Shown piece after piece: positions 25,127 to 33,876 of a stretch of DNA of 63,610 nt. Where the stretch lies: the NCBI GenBank assembly GCA_964428805.1, contig CAYRZF010000002.1, forward strand, positions 1 through 63,610. Reading direction: 5' to 3'. Both the position numbers and the translations under genes were made by a program. The notes under the pieces were generated by a model. It did no database searches. It saw only the letters and a list, made by a program, of their open reading frames with translations, and was not told where the DNA came from. The first letter of the stretch is position 1. Every line of letters begins with the position of its first letter. This DNA comes from an uncultured bacterium (GTDB taxonomy: Bacteria > Methylomirabilota > Methylomirabilia > Rokubacteriales > CSP1-6).

Positions 25127-26581
25127 TTGCTCAGGCGGGTCAGCCTCGCCCTCGTTGCCAGTCTCGTCCTTACTGCCTTCACCGCTCTTGGCCGCTTCGC
25201 CTGGGGCGGGCCGTTTCCCCCGGAGCAGATGGCTGAGATTCTGTTTGCGAACATCCCGGTCTGGGCCTTTACGCCGCTGTTCCGCTTGTTCGGGTTGGGG
25301 TCCAAATACTGGGCGTTCGCAGGGATGGTAGGATTGCATCTGGTCCTCTGGAGCGTCGCAGGGGGGTGGCTCCTGGGGAGAGGAGGGTGGACGATGCTGG
25401 GGGGACTTCTCGTGCTCCTGGGATTCACGCTGATCCTGCTGCCGCTGGGCGGGGACGGCTGGTTCGGCACCGCCCTTCCCTCGGGCCCCCTGGGTGCTGT
25501 CCTCACGCTTGTCGTGGCTGTCGCCCTCTACGGCGGCGTGCTCGTTCTGGCCCACCGCCGCGACGGGCGGGCCGCCGCGCCGGATCGGCGGGGTTTCCTC
25601 AGAACCGTCGGGCTCGCCGCGGCGGCGACTGCCGGTCTCACGCTTGCCGGTGGCCTGTGGGCCCGCGCCGCGCGCGCCGCTGAAGATCTGTGGAAAGCCG
25701 TCATCGGGTTGCCCCCGGAGATCACGCCGGTAGGGAAGTTCTACACGGTCTCCAAAAATGTGTTCGACCCACCGGTGAAAGCGGAGCGATGGAGCCTGGA
25801 GGTCAAGGGACTCGTGGACCGGCCGTACAAGCTTACCTACGAGGAACTGAAAGGGCTCCCGTCGGTCGCGCAGCCCGCCACGCTCATGTGCATTTCGAAC
25901 GAGGTGGGTGGGGACCTGATCGGCAATGCCCAGTGGAGGGGGGTCCGGCTCAAGGACCTGCTGGCCAAGGCCGGGATCAAACCCAACGCGGTCGAAGTAA
26001 TCCTGCGCGCCGCCGACGGGTACTCGGATTCGTTCCCCCTTAAGAAGGCACTCGAGGACGGCGTCCTCGTCGTTTACGAGATGAACGGTCAGCCCCTTGT
26101 CAGGCAGCACGGGGCGCCTGCGCGGGTGATCGTCCCCGGGATCTACGGGATGAAGAATGTCAAGTGGGTGACCTCTGTGGAGCTGGCCGACTACGACTAC
26201 AAGGGCTACTGGGAGGTCCGGGGCTGGTCCGACGAGGCGATCTACAAGACTATGTCGCGGATCGACGTGCCGGCGGGGCCGCTCAAGGCGGGGGAGCGGG
26301 CCTGGGTCGGGGGCGTGGCCTTTGCGGGCGACCGCGGCATCCGTGATGTCGAGGTCTCCGTGGACGGTGGGAAGACCTGGCAGAAAGCGTCGGTCAAGCC
26401 CCCGCTCGGCCCCTTCACCTGGGTGCTCTGGGCGCTGCCGTGGACGCCGCCGGCCCCGGGTGCCTATACGGTCAAGGCTCGTGCCGTCGAGAAGAACGGC
26501 GCCGTGCAGACCTCGGAAGTCCGCCCGCCGCTGCCCGACGGCTCATCGGGCTGGCACGCGGCCACGATCCACGTGAGTTGA
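25127..26581 (+). CDS. molybdopterin-dependent oxidoreductase (sulfite oxidase/YedY fold) fused to a polytopic membrane domain
   Basis: TTG start 10 nt after iorB. About 145 aa of TM helices, an internal RRGFLRTVGLAAAA motif, then the SUOX core (ATLMCISNEVGG, GYSDSFPL, VYEMNGQPL, GAPARVIVPGIYGMKNVKWV) and an Ig-like C-domain. Confidence 0.8.
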   Translation: MLRRVSLALVASLVLTAFTALGRFAWGGPFPPEQMAEILFANIPVWAFTPLFRLFGLGSKYWAFAGMVGLHLVLWSVAGGWLLGRGGWTMLGGLLVLLGFTLILLPLGGDGWFGTALPSGPLGAVLTLVVAVALYGGVLVLAHRRDGRAAAPDRRGFLRTVGLAAAATAGLTLAGGLWARAARAAEDLWKAVIGLPPEITPVGKFYTVSKNVFDPPVKAERWSLEVKGLVDRPYKLTYEELKGLPSVAQPATLMCISNEVGGDLIGNAQWRGVRLKDLLAKAGIKPNAVEVILRAADGYSDSFPLKKALEDGVLVVYEMNGQPLVRQHGAPARVIVPGIYGMKNVKWVTSVELADYDYKGYWEVRGWSDEAIYKTMSRIDVPAGPLKAGERAWVGGVAFAGDRGIRDVEVSVDGGKTWQKASVKPPLGPFTWVLWALPWTPPAPGAYTVKARAVEKNGAVQTSEVRPPLPDGSSGWHAATIHVS

Positions 26582-26591
26582 GCTTCCTTCG

Positions 26592-27485
26592 ATGGATGTG
26601 AGACAGCTGGAAATCTTCGTCAGGGTGGCGGAGCTGGGCTCCTTCTCCAAGGCCGCCGGGGCGCTCTTCCTGACCCAGCCGACCGTGTCGGAGCGCATCC
26701 GTGGGCTGGAGGAGGAGCTCGGGATCCGCCTGCTCGACCGCCTCGGGCGCGGCGCGGTCCCGACGAGAGCCGGGCAGTTGCTTCTCGGTTACGCCCAGCG
26801 AATCCTCGAGCTTCACCGGGAGGCGCGCCAGGCCCTCGATCGGTTCCAGGGGCGCATGAGCGGGGAGCTGGTGGTGGGCGCCAGCACGATCCCCGGCGAG
26901 TATGTGCTCCCGGCGCTGATCGGGCGCTTCAAGGAAAAGTACCCGGACATCGCGATCTCGCTCCTCATCGGGGATAGCCAGGGGGTGGTGGACTGGGTCC
27001 TTGAGGGACGGGTGGAGCTGGGTGTGGTGGGGGCACAGATCAACCACCGGGCCCTCGACTATCGCGAACTGATGCCGGACGAGCTCGTGGTGGTGGTGTC
27101 CGCCGGCCACCCCTGGCACGGGAAGAAAAGCACGACCCTTGAAGAAGTCCGAGCGGAACCGCTGATCGTGAGGGAGCGGGGGTCGGGTTCGCGCCACACG
27201 CTCGAGCGGGCTCTCGCCGAGGTGGGGCTCGATCTGGGCGCCTTTCGTGTGGTCGGGGAGATGGGCTCGACGCAGGCGATCAAGCAGGCGGTCAAGGCTG
27301 GGGTCGGGATTTCATTGATCTCCAAGCGGGCCGTGGCGGAGGAGTGCCAGCACGGGATTCTCTACTGCGTGAAGGTGAAGGACCTCCGCTTCAGTCGCGC
27401 GTTCTATCTCGTCGTCAACACCACCCGCACCCGATCGCCGTTGGCCGAGGCCTTTCTGGCATTTCTTCTGGCCGAGTCCCCGTAG
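26592..27485 (+). CDS. LysR family transcriptional regulator located directly upstream of selD
   Basis: 297 aa. wHTH FVRVAELGSFSKAAGALFLTQPTVSERIRGLEEELG plus an effector domain. Confidence 0.9.
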   Translation: MDVRQLEIFVRVAELGSFSKAAGALFLTQPTVSERIRGLEEELGIRLLDRLGRGAVPTRAGQLLLGYAQRILELHREARQALDRFQGRMSGELVVGASTIPGEYVLPALIGRFKEKYPDIAISLLIGDSQGVVDWVLEGRVELGVVGAQINHRALDYRELMPDELVVVVSAGHPWHGKKSTTLEEVRAEPLIVRERGSGSRHTLERALAEVGLDLGAFRVVGEMGSTQAIKQAVKAGVGISLISKRAVAEECQHGILYCVKVKDLRFSRAFYLVVNTTRTRSPLAEAFLAFLLAESP

Positions 27486-27564
27486 GCACCGGGGTCTTCC
27501 CTGAATCCAGCGTGTTCGCCGCCGCGTCGAAAGAGGGAAACGAGTGGAAGGGAGGTGACCGCCC

Positions 27565-28644
27565 GTGGCTGACGCGAAGCTGACCGACCCGGCCTCCGGC
27601 AAGCAGATTCGACTGACCAGCTATGCCGCCTGTGCCGGTTGAGCCTCAAAGATGGGGCCGGGCGAGCTCCACGACGTGCTGAGCAGCCTCAAACGCCAGA
27701 CGCACCCCGATCTCCTGGTGGGTCTGGCGAAGAGTGACGACGCCGCCGTCTATCGCGTCACGGACGAGATCGCCATCGTGGAGACCGTGGATTTCTTCCC
27801 TCCCATCGTGGACGACCCGTATACCTACGGAGCGATCGCGGCGGCCAACTCCATGTCGGACGTCTACGCCATGGGCGGGCAGGTGCTCTTCGCCCTCAAC
27901 GTGGCCGGCTTCCCGCGCGAATTCCCCAAAGAGGTCATCGCCGAGATCTTTCGCGGGGGCGCCGAGAAGGTCGCCGAAGGGGGCGGTGTGGTGGCGGGGG
28001 GGCACACTGTGGTGGACGCTGAGCCGAAGTACGGTCTCTGCGTCACCGGGCGCGTTCACCCGGGAAAGATCTTCCTCAAAGGTGGCCTCCGGGCCGGGGA
28101 CCGGTTGTTCCTGTCCAAGCCGTTGGGGACGGGGGCCATCGCCACCGCCGCCAAGGAGGACGCGTGCGCTCCCGAGGTGCTCCAGGGGGCTGTGCAGAGC
28201 ATGCTGAGGCTGAACCGCGTGGCCGCGGAGGTCGCTCAGGAGCTGGAGGTTCGCGGGGCGACCGACATCACCGGCTTTGGCCTGCTGGGCCATGCGGCCG
28301 AGATGGTCGAGGCTTCCGGGGCGGGGATCCTGATCCGCGCTTCGAAACTTCCGCTGTTGGAGGGCGCGCTCCCCCTGGCAGAGAAAGGTCACCTGAGCGG
28401 CGGCATGAAGCGAAACCGCCGGCACCTCGAGTCAACCCTCGGGGCCAAGGGACAACTCAAGATTGACGCGTCGCTCCCCGCCGCCCTGACGAGCCTGCTC
28501 TTCGAGTCTGAGACCTCGGGCGGGCTTCTCTTCGCCGTTCCCCCCGATCGCGCCGGGCTCGTGATCGAAGGCTTCAAGAAGCGTGGCGAGCCCTGCTGGG
28601 AGATCGGCGAGGTGACCACGGAGCCGACTATCCGCATCGTCTAG
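27565..28644 (+). CDS. selD: selenide, water dikinase (selenophosphate synthetase), selenocysteine-containing; UGA at 27640-27642 read as Sec
   Basis: The track ORF (27652-28644) carries the AIR-synthase-like SelD body. The same frame upstream reads GTG27565-ADAKLTDPASGKQIRLTSYAACAG-TGA-ASK-M27652. GGAGG lies 9 nt before the GTG, and the next upstream stop is at 27556. Confidence 0.8.
27661..27688 (+). promoter_or_regulatory. candidate bacterial SECIS stem-loop of selD
   Basis: GGC/GA/GCUCCAC-GAC-GUG/CU/GAGC/A/GCC begins 19 nt after the UGA. Folded by eye only. Confidence 0.3.
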
Positions 28645-28811
28645 TAAGCGGCCCAACTAACTCCAGTAGCTCCGCGCCCAAACCGTTCCGATCGAGGTTT
28701 TCTATTCCCGCTGCCGCGTTCCATCGGGGATACCGATTTGTGTTCTCGGCGAATCTCTATACGATGAAGGGGCGTCTCAACAGCGAGCTCAACTTCGACT
28801 TGGGGGACCCA

Positions 28812-29672
28812 ATGCGCAGACTCATAGGGATTTTACTGCTCACGCTGCTCGGCATCGCCCCTGTCGCCCAGGCGGGGGACGTCCCGGAGGTCCTTAGGGT
28901 CTCGGCGATCCCCGACGAGAACCCCAACGAGCTGCTTCGGATCTACACGCCGTTCGCCGAGTACCTGGCGAAGCAACTCCACATGAAGGTGAAGTTCACG
29001 CCGGTGGTGGACTACCCCGCAACGGTGGAAGGACTCGCGGCGAAGAAGCTGGACCTGGTGTGGTACGGCGGGTTCACCTCCGTGCAAGCCGTGAGGCGGA
29101 CCAACGGAACGGCTCGACGCCTGGTGCTCCGGCAGGAGGACGCCGAGTTCAAGTCGGTGTTCGTCGCCCGGCCGGGCTCCGGGATCAACTCCCTCGCCGA
29201 TCTCAAAGGAAAAACGTTCTCCTTCGGGTCGGTCTCGTCCACCTCCGGCCACCTCATGCCCCGCTCCTTCCTCCTCAAGGCGGGCCTCAACCCCGAGCGG
29301 GACTTCAAACAGCTCGCCTACTCTGGGGCCCACGACGCCACGGCGCTGTGGGTGGAGTCGGGCAAGGTGGACGCCGGTGCCCTGAACTTCCTCGTCTGGG
29401 ACAAGCTCGTGCAGACAAAGAAAGTCGATCTCGCGAAGGTTAACGTCTTCTGGACCACGCCGCCCTACGTGGATTACGTCTGGACGGCGCGGGGCGACCT
29501 GGACAAGGGGCTCCAGGAGAAAATCACCGCCGCATTTCTGAAGCTCGATTACCAGAACCCCGAGCACAAGAAACTCCTCGATCTGCATCGAACCAAGAGG
29601 TACATCGCGGCCACCGACGAGGACTGGAAGGGGATCGAGGAGGCGGCGGTCGCCGCGGGCCTCCTCAAGTAG
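28812..29672 (+). CDS. PhnD-family ABC transporter substrate-binding protein (phosphonate/oxyanion type; selD-linked)
   Basis: ATG 28812 gives signal peptide MRRLIGILLLTLLGIAPVAQA. Motifs: LRVSAIPDENP, LDLVWYGGFTSVQA, FSFGSVSSTSGHLMPR, YSGAHDATA. Confidence 0.8.
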   Translation: MRRLIGILLLTLLGIAPVAQAGDVPEVLRVSAIPDENPNELLRIYTPFAEYLAKQLHMKVKFTPVVDYPATVEGLAAKKLDLVWYGGFTSVQAVRRTNGTARRLVLRQEDAEFKSVFVARPGSGINSLADLKGKTFSFGSVSSTSGHLMPRSFLLKAGLNPERDFKQLAYSGAHDATALWVESGKVDAGALNFLVWDKLVQTKKVDLAKVNVFWTTPPYVDYVWTARGDLDKGLQEKITAAFLKLDYQNPEHKKLLDLHRTKRYIAATDEDWKGIEEAAVAAGLLK

Positions 29673-29674
29673 CC

Positions 29675-30487
29675 GTGTTCGAACTGGAAAACGTCCGGAA
29701 GGTCTTCAGCGATGGCACCGTGGCCGTTGACGGCATTTCCCTCGCCGTCGGGCGCGGGGAGCATGTGGCGTTCATCGGGCCCAGCGGCGCCGGCAAGACC
29801 ACGCTATTCCGGCTGCTCAATCTCACGCTCCGTCCCACCTCCGGCATCCTGCGCCTGGACGGACAGGACGTGGCATCCATGTCGGACGCAGCCCTCCGGA
29901 ACAGGCGGCGCCGGATCGGAACGATCTACCAGCAACACAACCTGGTGGGACGGCTCCGCGTCGTCCACAACGTCCTGGCCGGGAACCTCGGTCGCTGGTC
30001 CGCCCTGAAGGCCGTCGCGTCGCTCGTCCGGCCCCAGTCCCCCGACGACGCCCAGCGGGCGCTGGCCCAGGTGGGGATGCCGGAGAAGCTCTACGCGCGG
30101 ACCGACGAGCTATCGGGCGGCCAGCAGCAGCGCGTGGCGATCGCCCGGGTGCTCGTCCAGGCCCCGGACATCATCCTGGCCGACGAGCCGGTGTCTTCGG
30201 TGGATCCCTCGCTAGCGGTGTCCATCGTGACGCTCCTCCGGGACCTGTCGGCGGAGTCCCGCAAAACCTTGGTGATGAATCTCCACAGCGTGGATCTGGC
30301 CCTCGCCCACTTTCCCCGCATCATCGGCATCCAGGACGGGCGCATCCTGTTCGATCTCGCGCCGGACAAAGTCAGCGCGGATCTCCTTTCCACGCTGTAC
30401 ACCGGCCATGAGGACGAGGAGCCCCAGCGTGACCGATTCAACGAGATCCTTCCGGTCAGCGGGGTCTGTCGGCCGCTTCGCCGGTAA
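29675..30487 (+). CDS. PhnC-type ABC transporter ATP-binding protein
   Basis: Walker A GPSGAGKTT, signature LSGGQQQRVAIARV, Walker B IILADEP. Confidence 0.85.
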   Translation: MFELENVRKVFSDGTVAVDGISLAVGRGEHVAFIGPSGAGKTTLFRLLNLTLRPTSGILRLDGQDVASMSDAALRNRRRRIGTIYQQHNLVGRLRVVHNVLAGNLGRWSALKAVASLVRPQSPDDAQRALAQVGMPEKLYARTDELSGGQQQRVAIARVLVQAPDIILADEPVSSVDPSLAVSIVTLLRDLSAESRKTLVMNLHSVDLALAHFPRIIGIQDGRILFDLAPDKVSADLLSTLYTGHEDEEPQRDRFNEILPVSGVCRPLRR

Positions 30488-31301
30488 GTCCGCCTTCGGC
30501 GTCATCTTCGCCCTGCTGTTCCTTCTCACCCTCGGGGCGAGCCTGCGCCTGGCCCAGGTAGACCCGCGCCTGCTCTTCGAGCGGGAGGCGCTCCACAACC
30601 TGGCAAGATTCATTGGCGGGATGTTCCCGCCCAATCTCTCCCGGTCCTTCCTGGCGTTGATGGCGCGGCCCGTCCTGGAAACGATCCAGATCTCGGTGAT
30701 GGGGACGGCCATCGCGGTGCTGATCGGGGCTCCGCTCGGGCTCCTCGCCACGGGATCCCTCAGCTGGAGCGGCGTCCTCCACGAGCGGCGAACGGCCGGT
30801 GGCCGGTGGCTGCTCGGTTTCGTCCCGTACGCGCTGGCCCGCCTCCTCCTTTCCGTGTTCCGGTCGATCCCCGAGTTCGTGTGGGCCTTCATGTTCGTGC
30901 GGGCGGTGGGGCTCGGGCCGTTCCCGGGCGTCCTGGCAATCGGTGTCGCCTATGGCGGAATGCTCGGCAAGGTGTACTCGGAGATCCTTGAGGGCGTGAA
31001 CCCCCAGCCCCTCGAAGCTCTGCACGCGGGCGGAGCCTCCAAGCTTGGGATCGCGCTCTACGGATTCCTGCCACAGGCGCTTCCGAATGTCGTTTCGTAC
31101 ACCCTGTACCGCTGGGAGTGCGCGATCCGCGCCTCGGCGATCCTCGGGTTCGTCGGGGCGGGCGGTCTGGGTCAGCAGCTGGAGCTCTCCATGCGGATGT
31201 TCCAGTTCGACGAAGTGCTCACGATCCTGGGACTTCTCTTTCTGCTGGTCGCCGGCGTGGACTTCGTGAGCGGGAAGATCCGGGCTCAGGTGGTGCGGTG
31301 A
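30408..31301 (+). CDS. PhnE-type ABC transporter permease 1
   Basis: EALHAGGASKLGIALYGFLPQALPNVVSYTLYRWECAIRASAILGFVGAGGLG. The start is uncertain (ATG 30408 or GTG 30429, overlapping phnC). Confidence 0.8.
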   Translation: MRTRSPSVTDSTRSFRSAGSVGRFAGKSAFGVIFALLFLLTLGASLRLAQVDPRLLFEREALHNLARFIGGMFPPNLSRSFLALMARPVLETIQISVMGTAIAVLIGAPLGLLATGSLSWSGVLHERRTAGGRWLLGFVPYALARLLLSVFRSIPEFVWAFMFVRAVGLGPFPGVLAIGVAYGGMLGKVYSEILEGVNPQPLEALHAGGASKLGIALYGFLPQALPNVVSYTLYRWECAIRASAILGFVGAGGLGQQLELSMRMFQFDEVLTILGLLFLLVAGVDFVSGKIRAQVVR

Positions 31302-32134
31302 TGGCTGAGGGCCGACGGCTGCGATGGCCTGGGCTCACGTTGACCGCCGGATTCGCTCTGCTGCTCGTTTGGAGCTACCACGGGACCCAGGTGGACCTGG
31401 CCGCGCTTTTCGGGAGCGAGGGACGGAGCCAGATCGCCACCTATATCGAGAAACTCTTCCCGCCCGACCTGTCGAGGAAGACCCTCGTGGATGCGGGCAT
31501 GGGCGCAGTGGAAACCTTCGCTATTTCCTTCGTGGGCTCGCTCCTCGCTGTCGTGCTGGCGCTTCCGCTCGCGGTGCTGACCACCCGGACCCTCCTCTAT
31601 CGCGGGATCCTCTACGAGGGACGGCGCCTGGGACCGGTGTCGAAAGGCATCCGGGTGGGGATTTACGTGATCGCGAAGGCTGTTCTGAACGTCCTCAGGA
31701 CGATTCCCGAGATCGTGTGGGCGCTGATCTTCGTCTTCCTGGTGGGACTCGGACCGTTCCCCGGCGTCCTGGCGCTTGGGTTCCACACCGGCGGGGTGCT
31801 CGGTAAACTCTTCGGCGAAGTACTCGAGGATGTGAATCCGCGCCCGCTCGAGGCGCTGGGGAGCGCCGGCGCCGGTCGGCTGGCGATCCTGTTCTACGGG
31901 GTGCTCCCCCAGGCCGCTCCCCAGTGTCTCTCCTATGCCCTCTATCGGTGGGAGGTGAACATCCGAGCGGCAGCCATTCTGGGGTTCGTCGGGGCGGGGG
32001 GCCTGGGTCAGCGAATCTACATCGCGATCAACCTCTTTCTGGAGAACGAACTGCTGACGCTGATCCTCGCGATCTATGTCATGGTGACGCTGGTAGACGC
32101 CCTGAGCGCCTATTTGAGGCGGCGACTCCTCTGA
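31301..32134 (+). CDS. PhnE-type ABC transporter permease 2
   Basis: ATG 31301 overlaps the preceding stop (TGATG). EALGSAGAGRLAILFYGVLPQAAPQCLSYALYRWEVNIRAAAILGFVGAGGLG. Confidence 0.8.
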   Translation: MAEGRRLRWPGLTLTAGFALLLVWSYHGTQVDLAALFGSEGRSQIATYIEKLFPPDLSRKTLVDAGMGAVETFAISFVGSLLAVVLALPLAVLTTRTLLYRGILYEGRRLGPVSKGIRVGIYVIAKAVLNVLRTIPEIVWALIFVFLVGLGPFPGVLALGFHTGGVLGKLFGEVLEDVNPRPLEALGSAGAGRLAILFYGVLPQAAPQCLSYALYRWEVNIRAAAILGFVGAGGLGQRIYIAINLFLENELLTLILAIYVMVTLVDALSAYLRRRLL

Positions 32135-32152
32135 CCCCCAAAGGGCCCGGCG

Positions 32153-32404
32153 CTAAGGGACGTTCCGCTTCCGGAGAAAGGAGAGCAGCCGATCCTTGAG
32201 CTCCGGGGGGATGTCAGTCTCTTTGAGCTGGCGGGCGGCCTTGACCGTGCCTTTGTAGGTATTCAGGAAGGCGATGCAGGGGGCGCATCCCTCCAGGTGA
32301 GCCCGGAGGTTCTTTGCGGTAGCGGGGTCGAGGCTGCCGTCGAGGTAGTCGGCCAAGAGGTCGACAATCTCCCGACATCCTGGCGCGGAGCGAGCCTTTG
32401 CCAT
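32153..32404 (-). CDS. small soluble zf-HC2 (anti-sigma/RsrA-like) protein
   Basis: The 378-aa track ORF is trimmed to ATG 32404. 83 aa with the HLEGCAPC (HxxxCxxC) motif, no TM segment, and no sigma gene adjacent. Confidence 0.65.
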   Translation of the reverse strand: MAKARSAPGCREIVDLLADYLDGSLDPATAKNLRAHLEGCAPCIAFLNTYKGTVKAARQLKETDIPPELKDRLLSFLRKRNVP

Positions 32405-32539
32405 CCCACCCTCCGATTCGTCCCGAACTTCCATCACCGTAGCACGGGTCGCCGAAATTCGGCAACGCCACTCCCGGGGAATGATCCCACGTCTTGGGAT
32501 GTTTTCAGCGTGAGGAGGATTCGCCATGGCCCAAGTAGA

Positions 32540-33781
32540 ATGGGGGCGATGGCTTTCTTTCATCGCCCCTTCGTTCTGCTTTTTGCTCTCATCGTTCTGC
32601 TTTTCTCCTCGGGGGGCGAGGCGCAGAAGCGGTGGTCGGAGGCCGAGCAGCTCGACTTTCTCCGCCGCCACTGGTCGCGTCCTATCCCGCGCCAGGGGAA
32701 GCCGCCGGCCCGTTTCACCCCGCTGGAGGCTTCGCTCCTGCCGGAGAGCTGCGGGAGCTGTCATCCCGCCCAACTCGCGGACTGGAGGGAGAGTCGGCAC
32801 GCGAAGAGCATGGGCCCTGGAGTGCAAGGGCAGCTGGTGGAGATGCTCGGCACCGATCCGGATTCGGCGCTCGGCTGCTACGCCTGCCACGCGCCGCTGA
32901 CGGAACAGCAGGAGAAAGTGCGGAGGCGCCAGGGGGGGCTCGCCCCCAATCCGGTGTTCGACGCCCAGCTGCAGGCGCGCGGGCTCGCGTGCGCGGCCTG
33001 CCACCTGCGCGGTCACGAGCACTTCGCACCGCCGAAGCGCGACGGGTCGCTTCTGAGCGAGCTGCCGCGGGAACGCCTTCCTCACAATGGGGCGACGCGG
33101 ACGCCCGCCTTCCTGCGGGCGGAGTTCTGCAAAGACTGCCACCAGTTCCCGCCCGATGGCTTTGCCCTGAACGGCAAGCTCCTGGAGAACACCTACGAGG
33201 AGTGGAGGGCGAGCCCGTTCGGCCGCTCCGGAGTCCAGTGCCAGGATTGCCACATGCCCGACCGCCGACATCTCTGGGGCGGGATCCATGATGCCCAGAT
33301 GGTCCGTTCCGGGGTGAGCGTGGATCTTTCAGTGGACGGGGAGTCGCATCGGGTCGGCGACACCGTTTCGGCAACGCTCACGATCACCAACAGCAAGGTC
33401 GGGCATTATTTTCCGACGTACGTGACCCCCCGGGTGGTGGTCTCGGGGGAACTAGTGGACGGGTCCGGTCAGGCGGTCGCCGGAAGTCGACAGGAGAAGG
33501 TCATCGCGCGAGAGGTGGCCCTGGACCTCTCGCGGGAACTTTTCGACACGCGGCTCGCGCCACGACAGAGCCTGACCTTTCGCTACCGGCACAGACTCTC
33601 CGCGGTCGGCCTCAGGTTGCGGCTCGCCGTCACCGTCTACCCGGATCACTTTTACGTCAGCTTCTTTGAGTCCCTCCTGGCCAGCGGGGCGGGGAAGGGC
33701 ACCGCCCAGGTCCGGGAGGCTCTCGAGGCCGCCCGAAGTTCGTCCTTTACCATCTATTCCCACGAAATCCCCCTGACCTGA
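32540..33781 (+). CDS. secreted pentahaem c-type cytochrome with a non-haem C-terminal domain
   Basis: Signal peptide MGAMAFFHRPFVLLFALIVLLFSSGGEA. Five CxxCH motifs: CGSCH, CYACH, CAACH, CKDCH, CQDCH. About 170 C-terminal residues carry no haem motif. Confidence 0.8.
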   Translation: MGAMAFFHRPFVLLFALIVLLFSSGGEAQKRWSEAEQLDFLRRHWSRPIPRQGKPPARFTPLEASLLPESCGSCHPAQLADWRESRHAKSMGPGVQGQLVEMLGTDPDSALGCYACHAPLTEQQEKVRRRQGGLAPNPVFDAQLQARGLACAACHLRGHEHFAPPKRDGSLLSELPRERLPHNGATRTPAFLRAEFCKDCHQFPPDGFALNGKLLENTYEEWRASPFGRSGVQCQDCHMPDRRHLWGGIHDAQMVRSGVSVDLSVDGESHRVGDTVSATLTITNSKVGHYFPTYVTPRVVVSGELVDGSGQAVAGSRQEKVIAREVALDLSRELFDTRLAPRQSLTFRYRHRLSAVGLRLRLAVTVYPDHFYVSFFESLLASGAGKGTAQVREALEAARSSSFTIYSHEIPLT

Positions 33782-33876
33782 CTGACGACGGTGCGCCGGG
33801 CCGCCCTCCCGACGCTCGGGTGCCGGCATCGCACGATTGCGGGCGCGCGCGGCGGCGTGTACTCTGGATCAGCCTT

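Noticed and set aside
21213-26110. Long minus-strand ORFs (21213-22148, 22362-23501, 23983-25506, 25037-26110) opposite iorA, iorB and the SUOX gene.
   Set aside because: All are antisense to genes with strong motifs and have Arg/Gly/Pro/Asp-biased composition. They are treated as GC-driven spurious ORFs.
27510-27530. TTCG-N9-CGAA inverted repeat between the LysR gene and selD, as a possible LysR box.
   Set aside because: It is short and GC-rich, so it could arise by chance. The LysR gene and selD are co-directional and only 79 nt apart, so the regulatory geometry is unclear.
32153-33289. 378-aa minus-strand ORF overlapping the cytochrome c gene.
   Set aside because: Only the last 83 codons (from ATG 32404) look like protein, a zf-HC2 domain. 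The rest is antisense to the CxxCH-bearing frame and is Arg/Pro-rich.
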